DNA of 64,000 nucleotides, from assembly GCA_011364905.1 (NCBI GenBank), contig RDNZ01000001.1, positions 1-64,000 of the forward strand. The letters are read 5' to 3'. A program made the translations under genes and the position numbers. The stretch comes from Candidatus Thorarchaeota archaeon (GTDB lineage: Archaea > Asgardarchaeota > Thorarchaeia > Thorarchaeales > Thorarchaeaceae). Below, one piece after another: positions 19,656-29,675 of this stretch. The notes beneath the pieces are model-generated. The model was given only the letters and a program-made list of their open reading frames with translations, was not told where the DNA came from and ran no database searches. How positions within the stretch are numbered: position 1 is the stretch's first letter; each line of letters opens with the position of its first letter.

Positions 19656-20021
19656 TTAGATTGACAACGTAACGAACCTGTCAACTTCGCCCACTATCTC
19701 AGCAAACTCTGTCAGTCCAGTCACTTCAACGCCAGGAATGAAGTCTACGCCTGTCTGGTCGAAACCTCTTGCTGAAGTGCAAAGTCCACAGCACTGGAAC
19801 TCTACTCCTTCATCAGCGAGTTCCTGAAATTTCTCATTCATCGGTCTATCAGGATCAGGATCCTGATTCAGCTTCGCATTGTTGACACCATCCATGAAGA
19901 GGAACGCTTTCACCCCATAGCCTTTGGCTAACGCAGCTTTACAAAGGTCATAGAATGTGTGACTGTTCTGGAAGGTGTATGGTCCAGTTGTCAATAGAAT
20001 GCCAAGTGTCTTTTTCTCCAT
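19656..20021 (-). CDS. dsrE: DsrE/TusD family sulfurtransferase
   Basis: TTGPY, FLFMDGVNNA, CCGLCTSARG (active Cys), GLTEFAE. Confidence 0.88.
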   Translation of the reverse strand: MEKKTLGILLTTGPYTFQNSHTFYDLCKAALAKGYGVKAFLFMDGVNNAKLNQDPDPDRPMNEKFQELADEGVEFQCCGLCTSARGFDQTGVDFIPGVEVTGLTEFAEIVGEVDRFVTLSI

Positions 20022-20102
20022 TTGTCATCATCTCTAAGACAGTTCGCTGGCAAAAAGCTCCACTAAAAAAGGTAACTCAGTGTCCATAGATGCAATCTTG
20101 TT

Positions 20103-20654
20103 TTACACACTAGAAGACGATTTTCTTCTTTCTAGGAGATATCGAACAAGACCTTTGAAGAGATTGACCATTGGTACGCTCTTTTGGTAATTGACGTACT
20201 CCGCTTCAAACTTCCCGACATTCGTTTTTTCTTCACTGACTATTCCAAAGGCAATCACTGGCAATTGAATAATCATAAACAGGATACTCAACCAGTACTG
20301 AGAAACAAAAGCCAAACCAATTGTCATGATTATCCATCCCATTGAGAATGGATGACGAACAACTCTATAGATTCCCTGTTGAACCAGCACTTTTGTAAAG
20401 ACCCAACTCTTATTCTCTTCAGGCGCACCGTGTTGTTTGAGGGCGGACTTCGAGAGACTAAAAAGCAGAAACGCTAGGATAAGAAATATCCAACCAATCC
20501 ACCTTACAATTACAACTCCCGAGAAATCATAGTAGAACATGAATACTAAGATCTGCAAAATGAATAGGATTCCACATAGTTCTGATGCTAACTGAGAAAA
20601 GGTGGATTGTTTTCTTCCAATAGTCGTTGAGTCTTGTTTTTCTTTCAGTATCAT
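20103..20654 (-). CDS. ICMT/PEMT-family membrane methyltransferase
   Basis: LVQQGIYRVVRHP, SEE...KFEAEYVNYQKSVP; start uncertain (ORF extends to 20747). Confidence 0.82.
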   Translation of the reverse strand: MILKEKQDSTTIGRKQSTFSQLASELCGILFILQILVFMFYYDFSGVVIVRWIGWIFLILAFLLFSLSKSALKQHGAPEENKSWVFTKVLVQQGIYRVVRHPFSMGWIIMTIGLAFVSQYWLSILFMIIQLPVIAFGIVSEEKTNVGKFEAEYVNYQKSVPMVNLFKGLVRYLLERRKSSSSV

Positions 20655-20830
20655 GAGCGGTTTCACTATGATCATTTGGCAGGTAATAAACGCAGTCTCA
20701 AACAACCAACTGGAGTAATAATCAATATAAAATTCAATGAGTGGCATTCGTATCAGGTGTTTTCGGTAACCTTGAATAACTTAATGTACCAGATAGTGAT
20801 AACTCTCTGGTTATTGGAGGCAGCCAAAAG

Positions 20831-21901
20831 GTGGAAGATCTCACCGTCATTTACACAGACAAGGAAGGCAAAACTCGTGAGATCGAGTTTGATGATGAAG
20901 AACCTATTCTAGATATGTCGAGAAAAGGCGTGACATCAATTGACCTTGAATCGGTGATTGCGATTCCGGGTTTACAGGAGCTTGACCTGGGTGGGAATGC
21001 AATACAAGAGATTGACCTCACACAACTAGGCCAGTGTACAACTCTGCAAAGACTTAGTTTCTTCAAAAACGAGCTTGGCTCAATCGATCTAAAGCCGCTG
21101 GCTCAATGTCATGGATTAGAGGAACTAAACCTCGGTAGCAACCAGTTGGGAAAAATCAACTTGAATCCACTGGCGTCTACTCCAAACCTAAAGAAACTTC
21201 GGCTCTTTAACAACGGAATAAAGGAGTTGGATCTCTCGCCCTTAGAGGGATGCGTCAATCTCGAGACCCTCGATACTGAGAACAATGGCATAGAATCAAT
21301 AGATTTGAAACCACTAGCAAGCTGCAGTAATCTCCAACAACTTAACCTAATGTACAACAAATTCTCTGAGATAGACCTTACACCGCTTGCCAATTGTACG
21401 AAACTGAAATTCGTATATCTCCATCATAACCAGCTCCAATCGATTGATCTTTCACCATTTGCTAATTGTACTGAATTAAGAATTCTAAGACTTGGAGGGA
21501 ATCAAATAGAGAATATCGACCTCACGCCACTTGCCTCATGTACTGAGTTGCGACGATTAGGTCTTGCGATGAATGGTCTTGTTGTTCTAGACTTAAAACC
21601 ACTAGCAAGTGCAGAGAATCTTTCAAGTCTAGACATTGCTGGAAATAGACTTTCAAAGCTCGACTTGTCCCCGTTAGAGAGTTGTGAGGAGTTGACAGAG
21701 TTCTATGTCTTCAGCGATCATCCGGTTGAGAATGAGATAGATAGTTTGGACGTTTCTGCGCTGTTCAATTGCTCAGAGCTCGAAGACTTCGGTGTTAGTG
21801 AGGAAACTGAATTAACAGCAAGAAGGAAACTACATGATGAAGAGGATATCCCTTTGGCAATTGATGAACTGATAGAGAATAACAGGATATCTTGGGTCTA
21901 A
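20831..21901 (+). CDS. Cytoplasmic leucine-rich repeat protein (~12 x 24 aa)
   Basis: Repeated IDLxPLAxCxxLxxLxLxxNxLxx; no signal peptide or TM segment. Confidence 0.93.
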   Translation: MEDLTVIYTDKEGKTREIEFDDEEPILDMSRKGVTSIDLESVIAIPGLQELDLGGNAIQEIDLTQLGQCTTLQRLSFFKNELGSIDLKPLAQCHGLEELNLGSNQLGKINLNPLASTPNLKKLRLFNNGIKELDLSPLEGCVNLETLDTENNGIESIDLKPLASCSNLQQLNLMYNKFSEIDLTPLANCTKLKFVYLHHNQLQSIDLSPFANCTELRILRLGGNQIENIDLTPLASCTELRRLGLAMNGLVVLDLKPLASAENLSSLDIAGNRLSKLDLSPLESCEELTEFYVFSDHPVENEIDSLDVSALFNCSELEDFGVSEETELTARRKLHDEEDIPLAIDELIENNRISWV

Positions 21902-21989
21902 ACTCATGTTTCGCGCGCAAGTATGGTGGATTTATATGACAGATTTTCTTAGAAAAAGCAAGCTTGTCATGCAAAATAGAGGACGTCCG

Positions 21990-22226
21990 ATGTCATCGAG
22001 GGAGCAGGAACTCGCAAAACTGGCGAGAATGTATTCAAAGTACCTAAACGGGCCGCTTGGTCACGGAGTGATGGATCATCTGAGTGAGGGAGAGAGTTTC
22101 ACGATCCGTTCTCAGAATGAAACGCTTGAAATAATGAAGCTTGAAGGAAAGGCGGTAGTTAAGGTTCTAGAAGAGCAGAGAACCAAAGCTCCAAATGATG
22201 TAGGACGATTACCAAATCTTCACTGA
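21990..22226 (+). CDS. Small hypothetical protein
   Basis: ATG preceded by GAGG; protein-like composition; fills the gap between real genes. Confidence 0.6.
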   Translation: MSSREQELAKLARMYSKYLNGPLGHGVMDHLSEGESFTIRSQNETLEIMKLEGKAVVKVLEEQRTKAPNDVGRLPNLH

Positions 22227-22285
22227 GTTTCTACAGCCAAATCAAAGCGAATATAACTAGTTCTTACAGATGCAAAATCAAGGAA

Positions 22286-22942
22286 GTGCCTGAAATGGTA
22301 GTAGAAATGGATGATGCTACTAGAGAACAAGTTCACGAGTTATTCACAAGAATAGAGCATGAGGTCAAGGTCCATCTGTTTATTGAGGAAAAAAGTTGTC
22401 TCTACTGCAGTGATGTAAAAGACATGATGGAACAACTTGCTGAGCTCTCCGACAAGATCTCTATCATTGAGCATAGAGACGCCTTAGATTCGGATATTGC
22501 AAAAGAAATGGGAGTAGAATATCACCCAGCCGTTGTCCTCCACAGCAAGGAAAAATACAAGATTAAGTTCTATGGGATTCCAGCGGGGCATGAGTTTGGT
22601 GCGTTAGTTGGCTCTATTATTGATGTTTCAACGGGAACTGCACCATTACCACCAGATGTTATTGAGGACATCGCTTCCATTGACAAGCCAATCAATATCA
22701 AGGTCTTCGTTACACCTCAATGCCCATACTGCCCTGATATGACTCGGCTGGCAAATCAAGCTGCAATCGTTAATCCTCTCATATCATCCGAAATGATTGA
22801 ATCGCTTGAGTTCCAACAGCTGACTACCAAGTATGAGGTCTTCGGAGTCCCAAAGGTAATCATAAACGAAACAACAACTATCGAAGGACTTCCCCCCGTA
22901 CAGATGTTCATAGATAAGCTATTCGAAGCGATTGACGCTTAG
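22286..22942 (+). CDS. Protein disulfide oxidoreductase (double thioredoxin fold, PDO/AhpF-N-like)
   Basis: CLYC and CPYC motifs, FYGIPAGHEFGAL, VFGVPK. Confidence 0.92.
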   Translation: MPEMVVEMDDATREQVHELFTRIEHEVKVHLFIEEKSCLYCSDVKDMMEQLAELSDKISIIEHRDALDSDIAKEMGVEYHPAVVLHSKEKYKIKFYGIPAGHEFGALVGSIIDVSTGTAPLPPDVIEDIASIDKPINIKVFVTPQCPYCPDMTRLANQAAIVNPLISSEMIESLEFQQLTTKYEVFGVPKVIINETTTIEGLPPVQMFIDKLFEAIDA

Positions 22943-22983
22943 CATCTTCTATACCCGTTCTATGGAAAGCAAAGGGTGATCAT

Positions 22984-23268
22984 ATGGGAAAGCAGTCCTA
23001 TGTAATAATGTTGAGACCGGCTAACAACTATGGAACAGAGGGCACTGAAGAAAAGATATCTGAACATTTTCAATATCTCCAGAGCCTTTTGAAGGATGGA
23101 ATTCTGACAATGGCAGGAAGGTTCTCAGAGGTGCTCATTGGACTCGTGATGATCGAGGCCGACTCGAGAAAGGCTGCTCATGAGATAATGAAGAATGATC
23201 CTGCAGTCAAAGCGGGTGTTTTTCATGCAGAGTTGTATCCATGGAGCATAGCTTTGCACGCCAAGTAG
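22984..23268 (+). CDS. YciI-family protein
   Basis: EHFQYLQSL..G.L.MAG, NDPAVKAGVF.AELYPW. Confidence 0.85.
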   Translation: MGKQSYVIMLRPANNYGTEGTEEKISEHFQYLQSLLKDGILTMAGRFSEVLIGLVMIEADSRKAAHEIMKNDPAVKAGVFHAELYPWSIALHAK

Positions 23269-23274
23269 TACACT

Positions 23275-24210
23275 TCACTCTTCCTGGCAGGTGAAGCTGA
23301 ATTCATTCTCATTCACATACTTGTATGCTTGATAGGCTGCTTGTACACCTTCAGCAACTCCCGTGATTGCTTGTTTGAATTCACCCTCAACCACATCACC
23401 GGCTGCATAAACAGCCTCTATATTGGTTCGACTTGATCGGTCTATGACAATCTCTCCCTTCTTATTCAGAGTGACGCCAAGTTTCTTTGCGAGTTCTGAA
23501 TATGGAATACCACCAATTGCGATAAAGATGCCATCCAAAGATAATGTGTCAGACCCATTATGAGTATTATCGAGGTTTACACCGGTGACTCGGTCAGTAC
23601 CAAGTATTCCTGTTACATTGGTTTCATTAATGACCTCAATCTTCGGTTCTCTCTCAACGCGTCGAGCATTTACAGGTTCGGGCCTAATCTTTTTCCCTCT
23701 GTAAATGATGTAAACCTTGGGACAATACTTCGCTAGAAGTAGAGCCTCTTTAATCGCGCTATCGCTTCCTCCAACAACTCCAACAATCTTGTCTTTATAC
23801 AATGGGGCATCACATAGGGCACAGTAGCTGACCCCTTTATTTCTCAACTCATCATGACCTGGCACCTCTAGCTCCCGATCCTTCATACCGGTAGCAAAGA
23901 GGACGGTCTTCGCGAGATAGGTCTTGTTTTCTGTGACGACATAGAAGAAGTTCTGTTTGGATCGAAAAACATCGGTAACCGTTCCAGATTCAACATATAC
24001 AGGGTAGTCAAGGGCATGTTCCTTGATCTTGTCAGCAAGTTGCTGCCCCGTGAGTTGAATGTATCCAGGGTAGTTGGCCACGTCATCTGTGAGTGTAATA
24101 GTTCCACCTTCTACATTACCTATCACAGCCACTTTGAGATCCAGCCTTGCAGCATACATGGCAGCACCATAGCCAGTCACACCAGAACCAATTACAACTA
24201 GATCGTACAT
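23275..24210 (-). CDS. trxB: Thioredoxin-disulfide reductase
   Basis: GSGVTG, GVSYCALCD, VVGGSDSA, YAAGDV, KQAITGVAEG. Confidence 0.92.
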   Translation of the reverse strand: MYDLVVIGSGVTGYGAAMYAARLDLKVAVIGNVEGGTITLTDDVANYPGYIQLTGQQLADKIKEHALDYPVYVESGTVTDVFRSKQNFFYVVTENKTYLAKTVLFATGMKDRELEVPGHDELRNKGVSYCALCDAPLYKDKIVGVVGGSDSAIKEALLLAKYCPKVYIIYRGKKIRPEPVNARRVEREPKIEVINETNVTGILGTDRVTGVNLDNTHNGSDTLSLDGIFIAIGGIPYSELAKKLGVTLNKKGEIVIDRSSRTNIEAVYAAGDVVEGEFKQAITGVAEGVQAAYQAYKYVNENEFSFTCQEE

Positions 24211-24214
24211 TGAA

Positions 24215-24457
24215 TCACACTCCCAACTTGCGTTTTATGTGACGTTCAGTCCGTCGGTCAAAACCTACAAAGAAATCGCCATCGATTTTGGTCACAGGGA
24301 TTGCCATCTGACCGCTCAACTGGCGAAGTTCCTCCAGTATTTCGGGACTTTCGAGTATGCACTTCTCATCGATATCGACATTAATACTTGCCAGGAATTC
24401 CTTCAGCTTTTCAGAGTGAGGGCATTTCGGTGCGGTGTATACAACTGCTTTTGTCAT
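24215..24457 (-). CDS. Glutaredoxin/NrdH-like protein (monothiol CPHS)
   Basis: VYTAPKCPHS, SGQMAIPV, VGFD; start at ATG 24457. Confidence 0.85.
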   Translation of the reverse strand: MTKAVVYTAPKCPHSEKLKEFLASINVDIDEKCILESPEILEELRQLSGQMAIPVTKIDGDFFVGFDRRTERHIKRKLGV

Positions 24458-24614
24458 GTGTGAACTACTTCCTGAATTCCAGAACTGCTGCAGCAAAGAT
24501 TTCTCACTAACTGATATAAATTATGAAGTGGCAAAACAATAGAAGTCCTCTTTGAGAACACCCTTAAGGAAGCGACAAATGTTATGGCCAGTTGAAATCT
24601 GGAGTGTACCAGAC

Positions 24615-25091
24615 ATGAATAAGGAAGAGACTCTTGCCTTCATCGATAAACAAATCGATCTTGAAAATAGAATTGTGAAGATTGTTGAGGAAAATGTTTC
24701 TCATCTTGGGAACGTGTTTGTTAAGGACCTCCTTCTGGCTATCTCTATGGACTCCAAGAAGCATGCTTTCTTACTTGGAACACTACGAAAGGCGGTGGAA
24801 GGTCCAACTCCATTCATAAGCGAGAAGGAACGAGATAAGATTGCTCGAGGCATCGATGCGCACATCAAGATGGAGGAGCAGGCTGTTAAGACCTACGGGG
24901 AGCTTGCAGAGAAGAGTGATAGTGACCAAGTCAAAACCATCGCCTTGATGATTCGTGAGGATGAGTTCCGTCACCACGCGTTATTGAAAGAACTTCACAA
25001 GACAGTTATTGAACCAGAAACACTCACGGAAGATGACATCTGGGATGTACTATGGAAGGACACTCCTTGGAAAGGAAGCCCTGGCGGCTAG
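24615..25091 (+). CDS. Ferritin-like four-helix bundle protein
   Basis: QIDLE...DSKKH...HIKME...DEFRHH ExxH-type pattern; start at ATG 24615. Confidence 0.82.
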   Translation: MNKEETLAFIDKQIDLENRIVKIVEENVSHLGNVFVKDLLLAISMDSKKHAFLLGTLRKAVEGPTPFISEKERDKIARGIDAHIKMEEQAVKTYGELAEKSDSDQVKTIALMIREDEFRHHALLKELHKTVIEPETLTEDDIWDVLWKDTPWKGSPGG

Positions 25092-25320
25092 TCTGACAGT
25101 CTATATTGTGCATATCCATGGCATAATTGATTTCCTCAGTCGTTTCGCTTTCCATTCAAAAACGAATCTCTTTAGGTTAGCTTGTCGAAAGCTTGTAGAA
25201 TGAATCGCAGGCATTCCAGATACAGATTTAGCTGCGAGTTTAACTTTTGGCCTTAGGCTAACGCTTATGTTGGAGATTTTAATTGCCAAAACCACTTGTA
25301 GAAATCGGAGAGATACGAAA

Positions 25321-27222
25321 ATGACAGTTGAAGATGTCATGAGGAATGATAAAGGCCCAGCTCTAATGCTTGCTAATGAGGCTGTCGTTAGAGGCGCGCT
25401 AGAAGCCGATGTGAAAGTTGTGGCATTCTACCCCGGGTCACCAACATCAGAGATTCTAGACACATTTGGAGAGCTCAAGGATCACTTTGGGAACTATAAG
25501 ATGCACATCTCATCTAATGAAAAGGTAGCTTTGGAAACTGCTGCGGGTGCATCTATGGCTGGGCAGCGTTCCTTCGCATCGATGAAAAGCGTCGGAATGA
25601 ATGTAGCAAGTGATTCCATGTTTTCCATTGGATACACTGGACTAAATGCAGGATGTGTCTGCCTTATTGCAGATGACCCACATGCTCATTCATCCCAGTC
25701 TGAAGAAGACGGACGCTTCTATGGAGAGGCTGCGTATGTTCCAATGTTGGAACCTAGTACAGCACAAGAAGCTCTAGACATGACCAAATGGGCATTCGAG
25801 GTATCTGAGAAGCACAAGACGTTAGTCATCATCAGAACGACAACACGGGTGAATCATCAAAGAGGCATGGTTACTCTTGGAGAGCTGAACAGGACTCCAT
25901 TCAAGAAGAACAAGTGGAAAGATATCAAAGGTCCATACTATACTGTCGGTTCTGTTGCTCGAGCGCTCAAAGCCAAACTGTTGGAGAAGAAAGAAGCTCT
26001 CAGGAAAGATTTCGAGAAGACCAAATTTAACAAGGTTGTACCAGGAAGCGGCAATGTGGGCATACTCACAGCAGGAGTCTGCTCTCTTTATGTTGCTGAG
26101 GCAAAGCAGAATCTTGGGCTTGACCTGCCAGTCTTCAAGTTGGGTACACTTTTTCCGTTACCAGAGAAAAAACTCTCCGAATTTATCAAATCGTTGTCCA
26201 CTCTCATCGTTGTAGAAGAACTCACACCATATCTTGAAACCCGTATTGCAGCTATCGCACACACTGCAAATCCAAGTTTAAACATAATTGGCAAAAGAAG
26301 CGGGCATTTCTCTGAGATGCTTGAGTATAATGTACCTATTGTAGAGAAAGTCCTTGCGAAGGTAATGGACAAGAAGATCAGCTTGGATTATGATGCAGTC
26401 CTGAAGAAGGCTGAAAAACTCAAGAAGATTCTTCCCGAGAGACCTCCGATTTTCTGCCCAGGGTGCCCGCACAGAGGAACACTGTGGGCATTCCGTCAGG
26501 CCCTTCAACAGTTAAGGATACGCGACAAAATTGTCTTCAATAATGACATAGGTTGTTACTCAATGGCATTTCTCCCGCCCAACGAGTTCTCTGACTCCAT
26601 GTTGGCCATGGGGGCGTCTCTGGGCGTTTCAGCGGGAATGGAATTGGCATTAGAAGACAAAGTCATCGCCATGGTGGGTGACAGCACCCTCTATCATGCA
26701 GCCCTACCAGGTATAGTCAATCTGATACATCACCACTCCAATGTCACGTTATTCGTCATGGACAACTCAGTTACTGCAATGACTGGTCAGCAGTTCAATC
26801 CGAACTCGCCGTTTGAAGCTGGTGGGACTCCTGCTCGAAAGATCAACATGGAGAAGATGTTTGAAGCACTAGGCGCTGATAAGGTTGTGCTAGTTGATCC
26901 TTATGAAACGCGAGATTGTGTCGGACCAATGAAAGAAGCGATTCAATCTGATGGCTTTTCAGTGATTATTTCTCGTCGTGATTGTGCCCTCTATGGAGAC
27001 CGCGAGAAGAAGAAACGCGGTGAGAAAATTGTACCAAGTGAAAATGTCAAAGACACATGTCGTGCCATCCATTCATGTATACGGGAATTCTATTGCCCTG
27101 CAATAACCATTGATGAATCAGACAGCAAAATGGTGATTCACCAAGATCTATGTGATGGATGCCTTGAGTGTAGACAGGTCTGTCCTGTTGACTCTCCTCG
27201 TCATATGGAGGTGAAGCAATGA
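25321..27222 (+). CDS. iorA: Indolepyruvate:ferredoxin oxidoreductase alpha subunit
   Basis: YPGSPTSEI, NEKVALE, MKSVGMNVASD, RPPIFCPGCPHR, DIGCY, GDST, C-terminal ferredoxin domain. Confidence 0.95.
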   Translation: MTVEDVMRNDKGPALMLANEAVVRGALEADVKVVAFYPGSPTSEILDTFGELKDHFGNYKMHISSNEKVALETAAGASMAGQRSFASMKSVGMNVASDSMFSIGYTGLNAGCVCLIADDPHAHSSQSEEDGRFYGEAAYVPMLEPSTAQEALDMTKWAFEVSEKHKTLVIIRTTTRVNHQRGMVTLGELNRTPFKKNKWKDIKGPYYTVGSVARALKAKLLEKKEALRKDFEKTKFNKVVPGSGNVGILTAGVCSLYVAEAKQNLGLDLPVFKLGTLFPLPEKKLSEFIKSLSTLIVVEELTPYLETRIAAIAHTANPSLNIIGKRSGHFSEMLEYNVPIVEKVLAKVMDKKISLDYDAVLKKAEKLKKILPERPPIFCPGCPHRGTLWAFRQALQQLRIRDKIVFNNDIGCYSMAFLPPNEFSDSMLAMGASLGVSAGMELALEDKVIAMVGDSTLYHAALPGIVNLIHHHSNVTLFVMDNSVTAMTGQQFNPNSPFEAGGTPARKINMEKMFEALGADKVVLVDPYETRDCVGPMKEAIQSDGFSVIISRRDCALYGDREKKKRGEKIVPSENVKDTCRAIHSCIREFYCPAITIDESDSKMVIHQDLCDGCLECRQVCPVDSPRHMEVKQ

Positions 27223-27854
27223 AAAAACCCAATGGTACTTTCAATATCATGTTTGCAGGTGTTGGTGGTCAGGGATTAATGCTTCTGTCATCTATTCTCG
27301 GGAAAGCAGCTGTTGACACTGGCCTCAAGGTGATGACAGGAGAGCAACATGGTCTTTCACAAAGACAGGGCTCAATCTATGTACACTTCAGAGTCGGAAA
27401 CCCAATCTCTCCTCTCATTCCGTATGGGAAAGCGGACATGATGATTGCCATGGAAGCAACTGAAGCTTTGAGGTACATCGAATATCTCAAGGAGGATGGT
27501 GTGGTCATTATGAGTAATCGAATCATGCCATCAGTGAATGAAACAGAACAAGTAGCCTTGGACAAGGAAAAGCAGACAAAGTATCTCACGGTTGAAGAGA
27601 TTGAAAAACAGATTCGAAAAGTCACTAAGAACGTTATCTTGCTTGACTCTCTCGAATTAGCCATTCAAGCTGGCAATGCAAGGACAGAGAACTCAGTCCT
27701 CATAGGTGCCACGGCTGCGTGTAAGGATTTTCCTATTCCTGCGGAGGAGGTCAGGAAAGCAGTACTTGCACTTGTGCCTCCGAAAACTGTTAAGGCCAAC
27801 TCGAAGGCATTTGACTTGGGACGAGAAGCAGGTAGTACATGTCTTGGGACCTGA
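27219..27854 (+). CDS. iorB: Indolepyruvate:ferredoxin oxidoreductase beta subunit
   Basis: GVGGQG, EQHGLSQRQGS, EALRY, ANSKAF; ATGA overlap with iorA. Confidence 0.95.
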   Translation: MKKPNGTFNIMFAGVGGQGLMLLSSILGKAAVDTGLKVMTGEQHGLSQRQGSIYVHFRVGNPISPLIPYGKADMMIAMEATEALRYIEYLKEDGVVIMSNRIMPSVNETEQVALDKEKQTKYLTVEEIEKQIRKVTKNVILLDSLELAIQAGNARTENSVLIGATAACKDFPIPAEEVRKAVLALVPPKTVKANSKAFDLGREAGSTCLGT

Positions 27855-28057
27855 TTTGGATTCATATGATTTGTTATTGAACATTGAAAACTTCCAAGGC
27901 TCCATGTCTGAGGAATACTCCAAGAATTTTGGTCTGAGGCAAGCTCTCCCCCTAGGTTAATTGCTATTTGAAGTGCATGACTTCTCAAATTAATTCTGCC
28001 TCACTCCATAGAGTTTTTAACTATTTCAACATTCGAAAGAAAGGAGGAGTCTTTACT

Positions 28058-29062
28058 ATGGTTAAGATTTACGATGCCATTATCATAGGCGGAGGTCCTG
28101 CAGGGACGTCAGCTGCTCTTCACTTAGCATACCATAAACGGAATGTTTTGGTGCTGGACCGAGGAACAAGTCCAATGCACTTCCACACCAACTCGATTCT
28201 CAACTTCTCTGGTTCAGTCTATCATGAGGGTAGAAGTCTTCTGAGAAACATTCAGGGGGAGGCTCGTGCAGCTGGAGCAAAGTATCTTGCGGCGGATGTT
28301 GTCAAAATCGAAGGGGGCTATCCAGATTTTACCATATTCACGGAGCCGAGTTACAGGACAGATGACAAGAACGAGTATCATGCAAAGACACTCTTGTTCG
28401 CAACTGGAACCTCAAGAAAACACCCAAAGGTGGATGGCAAGTGGCGATCATGGTTGCCAGTAGCAAATGTCGGGAATGGGGCATTTTATTGCCCGGACTG
28501 TGAAGCGCCGTTATGCAAGGACAAGAATGTACTGATTGTCAATGCAGGAACGGTTGGGAGTGCCATCCATGTGGCTAATGCCCTATCAAGATTCACCGAT
28601 AAACTTCAGATTCTGATGACTGAAGATTCCTTTGTGCCTTTTGAACATCAAGATCTTTCGAAACTTGAGCAGTCTTCGTACAAATGGACCTCTGGCAAAA
28701 TCAAGTCAATTGCTTTTCCCCGTCCAGGACTTGTTCAGTCAGTGACTCTTACTGATGGGCGAAGAATCAAAGCCAATGTCTTCTTTGTAGCCTATGTCGA
28801 TATTCCCAGGTCCGACCTAGCACAGCAAGTTGGTGTTGAAATTGATGGAAAAGGGAATATCGTGACTGACCATAGGGGGAAGACAAATGTCGAAGGTGTA
28901 TGGGCAGCAGGAGATGTGAGGGCAATAACCCAACAAGTAGCCATGGCTGTAGGAACCGGGAATTACGCAGCGTTAATGATGAATCAGTTTCTTGGAAATG
29001 CATATGAACATGAACAGGAGTTTGACCACCCAGATTACAGGAGAGCTCTTTACATCGAATAG
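28058..29062 (+). CDS. TrxB-like NAD(P)/FAD-dependent oxidoreductase
   Basis: IIGGGPAG, FATG, YCPDCE, GVWAAGDV; NAD(P)-binding loop atypical (NAGTVGSA); start at ATG 28058 after GGAGG. Confidence 0.88.
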   Translation: MVKIYDAIIIGGGPAGTSAALHLAYHKRNVLVLDRGTSPMHFHTNSILNFSGSVYHEGRSLLRNIQGEARAAGAKYLAADVVKIEGGYPDFTIFTEPSYRTDDKNEYHAKTLLFATGTSRKHPKVDGKWRSWLPVANVGNGAFYCPDCEAPLCKDKNVLIVNAGTVGSAIHVANALSRFTDKLQILMTEDSFVPFEHQDLSKLEQSSYKWTSGKIKSIAFPRPGLVQSVTLTDGRRIKANVFFVAYVDIPRSDLAQQVGVEIDGKGNIVTDHRGKTNVEGVWAAGDVRAITQQVAMAVGTGNYAALMMNQFLGNAYEHEQEFDHPDYRRALYIE

Positions 29063-29162
29063 AGGGCTTGATTGTTGTTTGTATAGAAACTATTTTAGAG
29101 ATAGGCTTATATGATTAAATAACTATAGTTAATTATATCCCATTAAAAGGAGATGAAGTTGC

Positions 29163-29645
29163 GTGAGCGGATCGGAAGCAGAAATAATTGCATTGATGAA
29201 AGAGCAGGTCGAAGTTGAACAGGCAACTTTGAATCGATTAGTTAAACTTGAAGAAGATTCGAGTGAACCAGCAGTCAGACTCGCCTTCATGGAGTTGCGA
29301 CTGGACACCTGGAAACATATCAAGTTTCTTGAAGGGATGATCGAACATCTGACAGCGACACCCTGTGACGAGTGGTCTGCAAAAGTCGCTCGTTATGCCA
29401 ACAGAATCAAGCTCGAGAGGCAGATTCGCGAGCTAATCGATGATGAGAATGAAATGCGAAGTCTACTGAACTCGTCTCTAAAGAAGACCAACGATCCAGT
29501 AGTCCAGCTTTTAGTAGAACACCTTAGAGACGAGGAAAACAACCATCTCAAGTACCTCTCAAAATGGGCTAAGTTTGTTCAACAAGCCCCACTGCAATCA
29601 AAAAAGGGTAAGAAGGCAACAGATATAGTCTGTCATGCAGACTAG
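29163..29645 (+). CDS. Ferritin-like protein, paralogous in pattern to 24615
   Basis: EQVEVE...DTWKH...DDE...DEENNH. Confidence 0.75.
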   Translation: MSGSEAEIIALMKEQVEVEQATLNRLVKLEEDSSEPAVRLAFMELRLDTWKHIKFLEGMIEHLTATPCDEWSAKVARYANRIKLERQIRELIDDENEMRSLLNSSLKKTNDPVVQLLVEHLRDEENNHLKYLSKWAKFVQQAPLQSKKGKKATDIVCHAD

Positions 29646-29675
29646 ATAAATTAACCAAGAAGGAGATAAAACTCA

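Noticed and set aside
15189-20747. ICMT-family genes as CAAX-processing enzymes for the Rab-like GTPase
   Set aside because: The GTPase has no C-terminal Cys, and this family is widespread in prokaryotes with other substrates
20940-21780. 72-bp periodicity resembling a CRISPR or tandem DNA repeat
   Set aside because: Fully explained by LRR coding repeats with synonymous divergence
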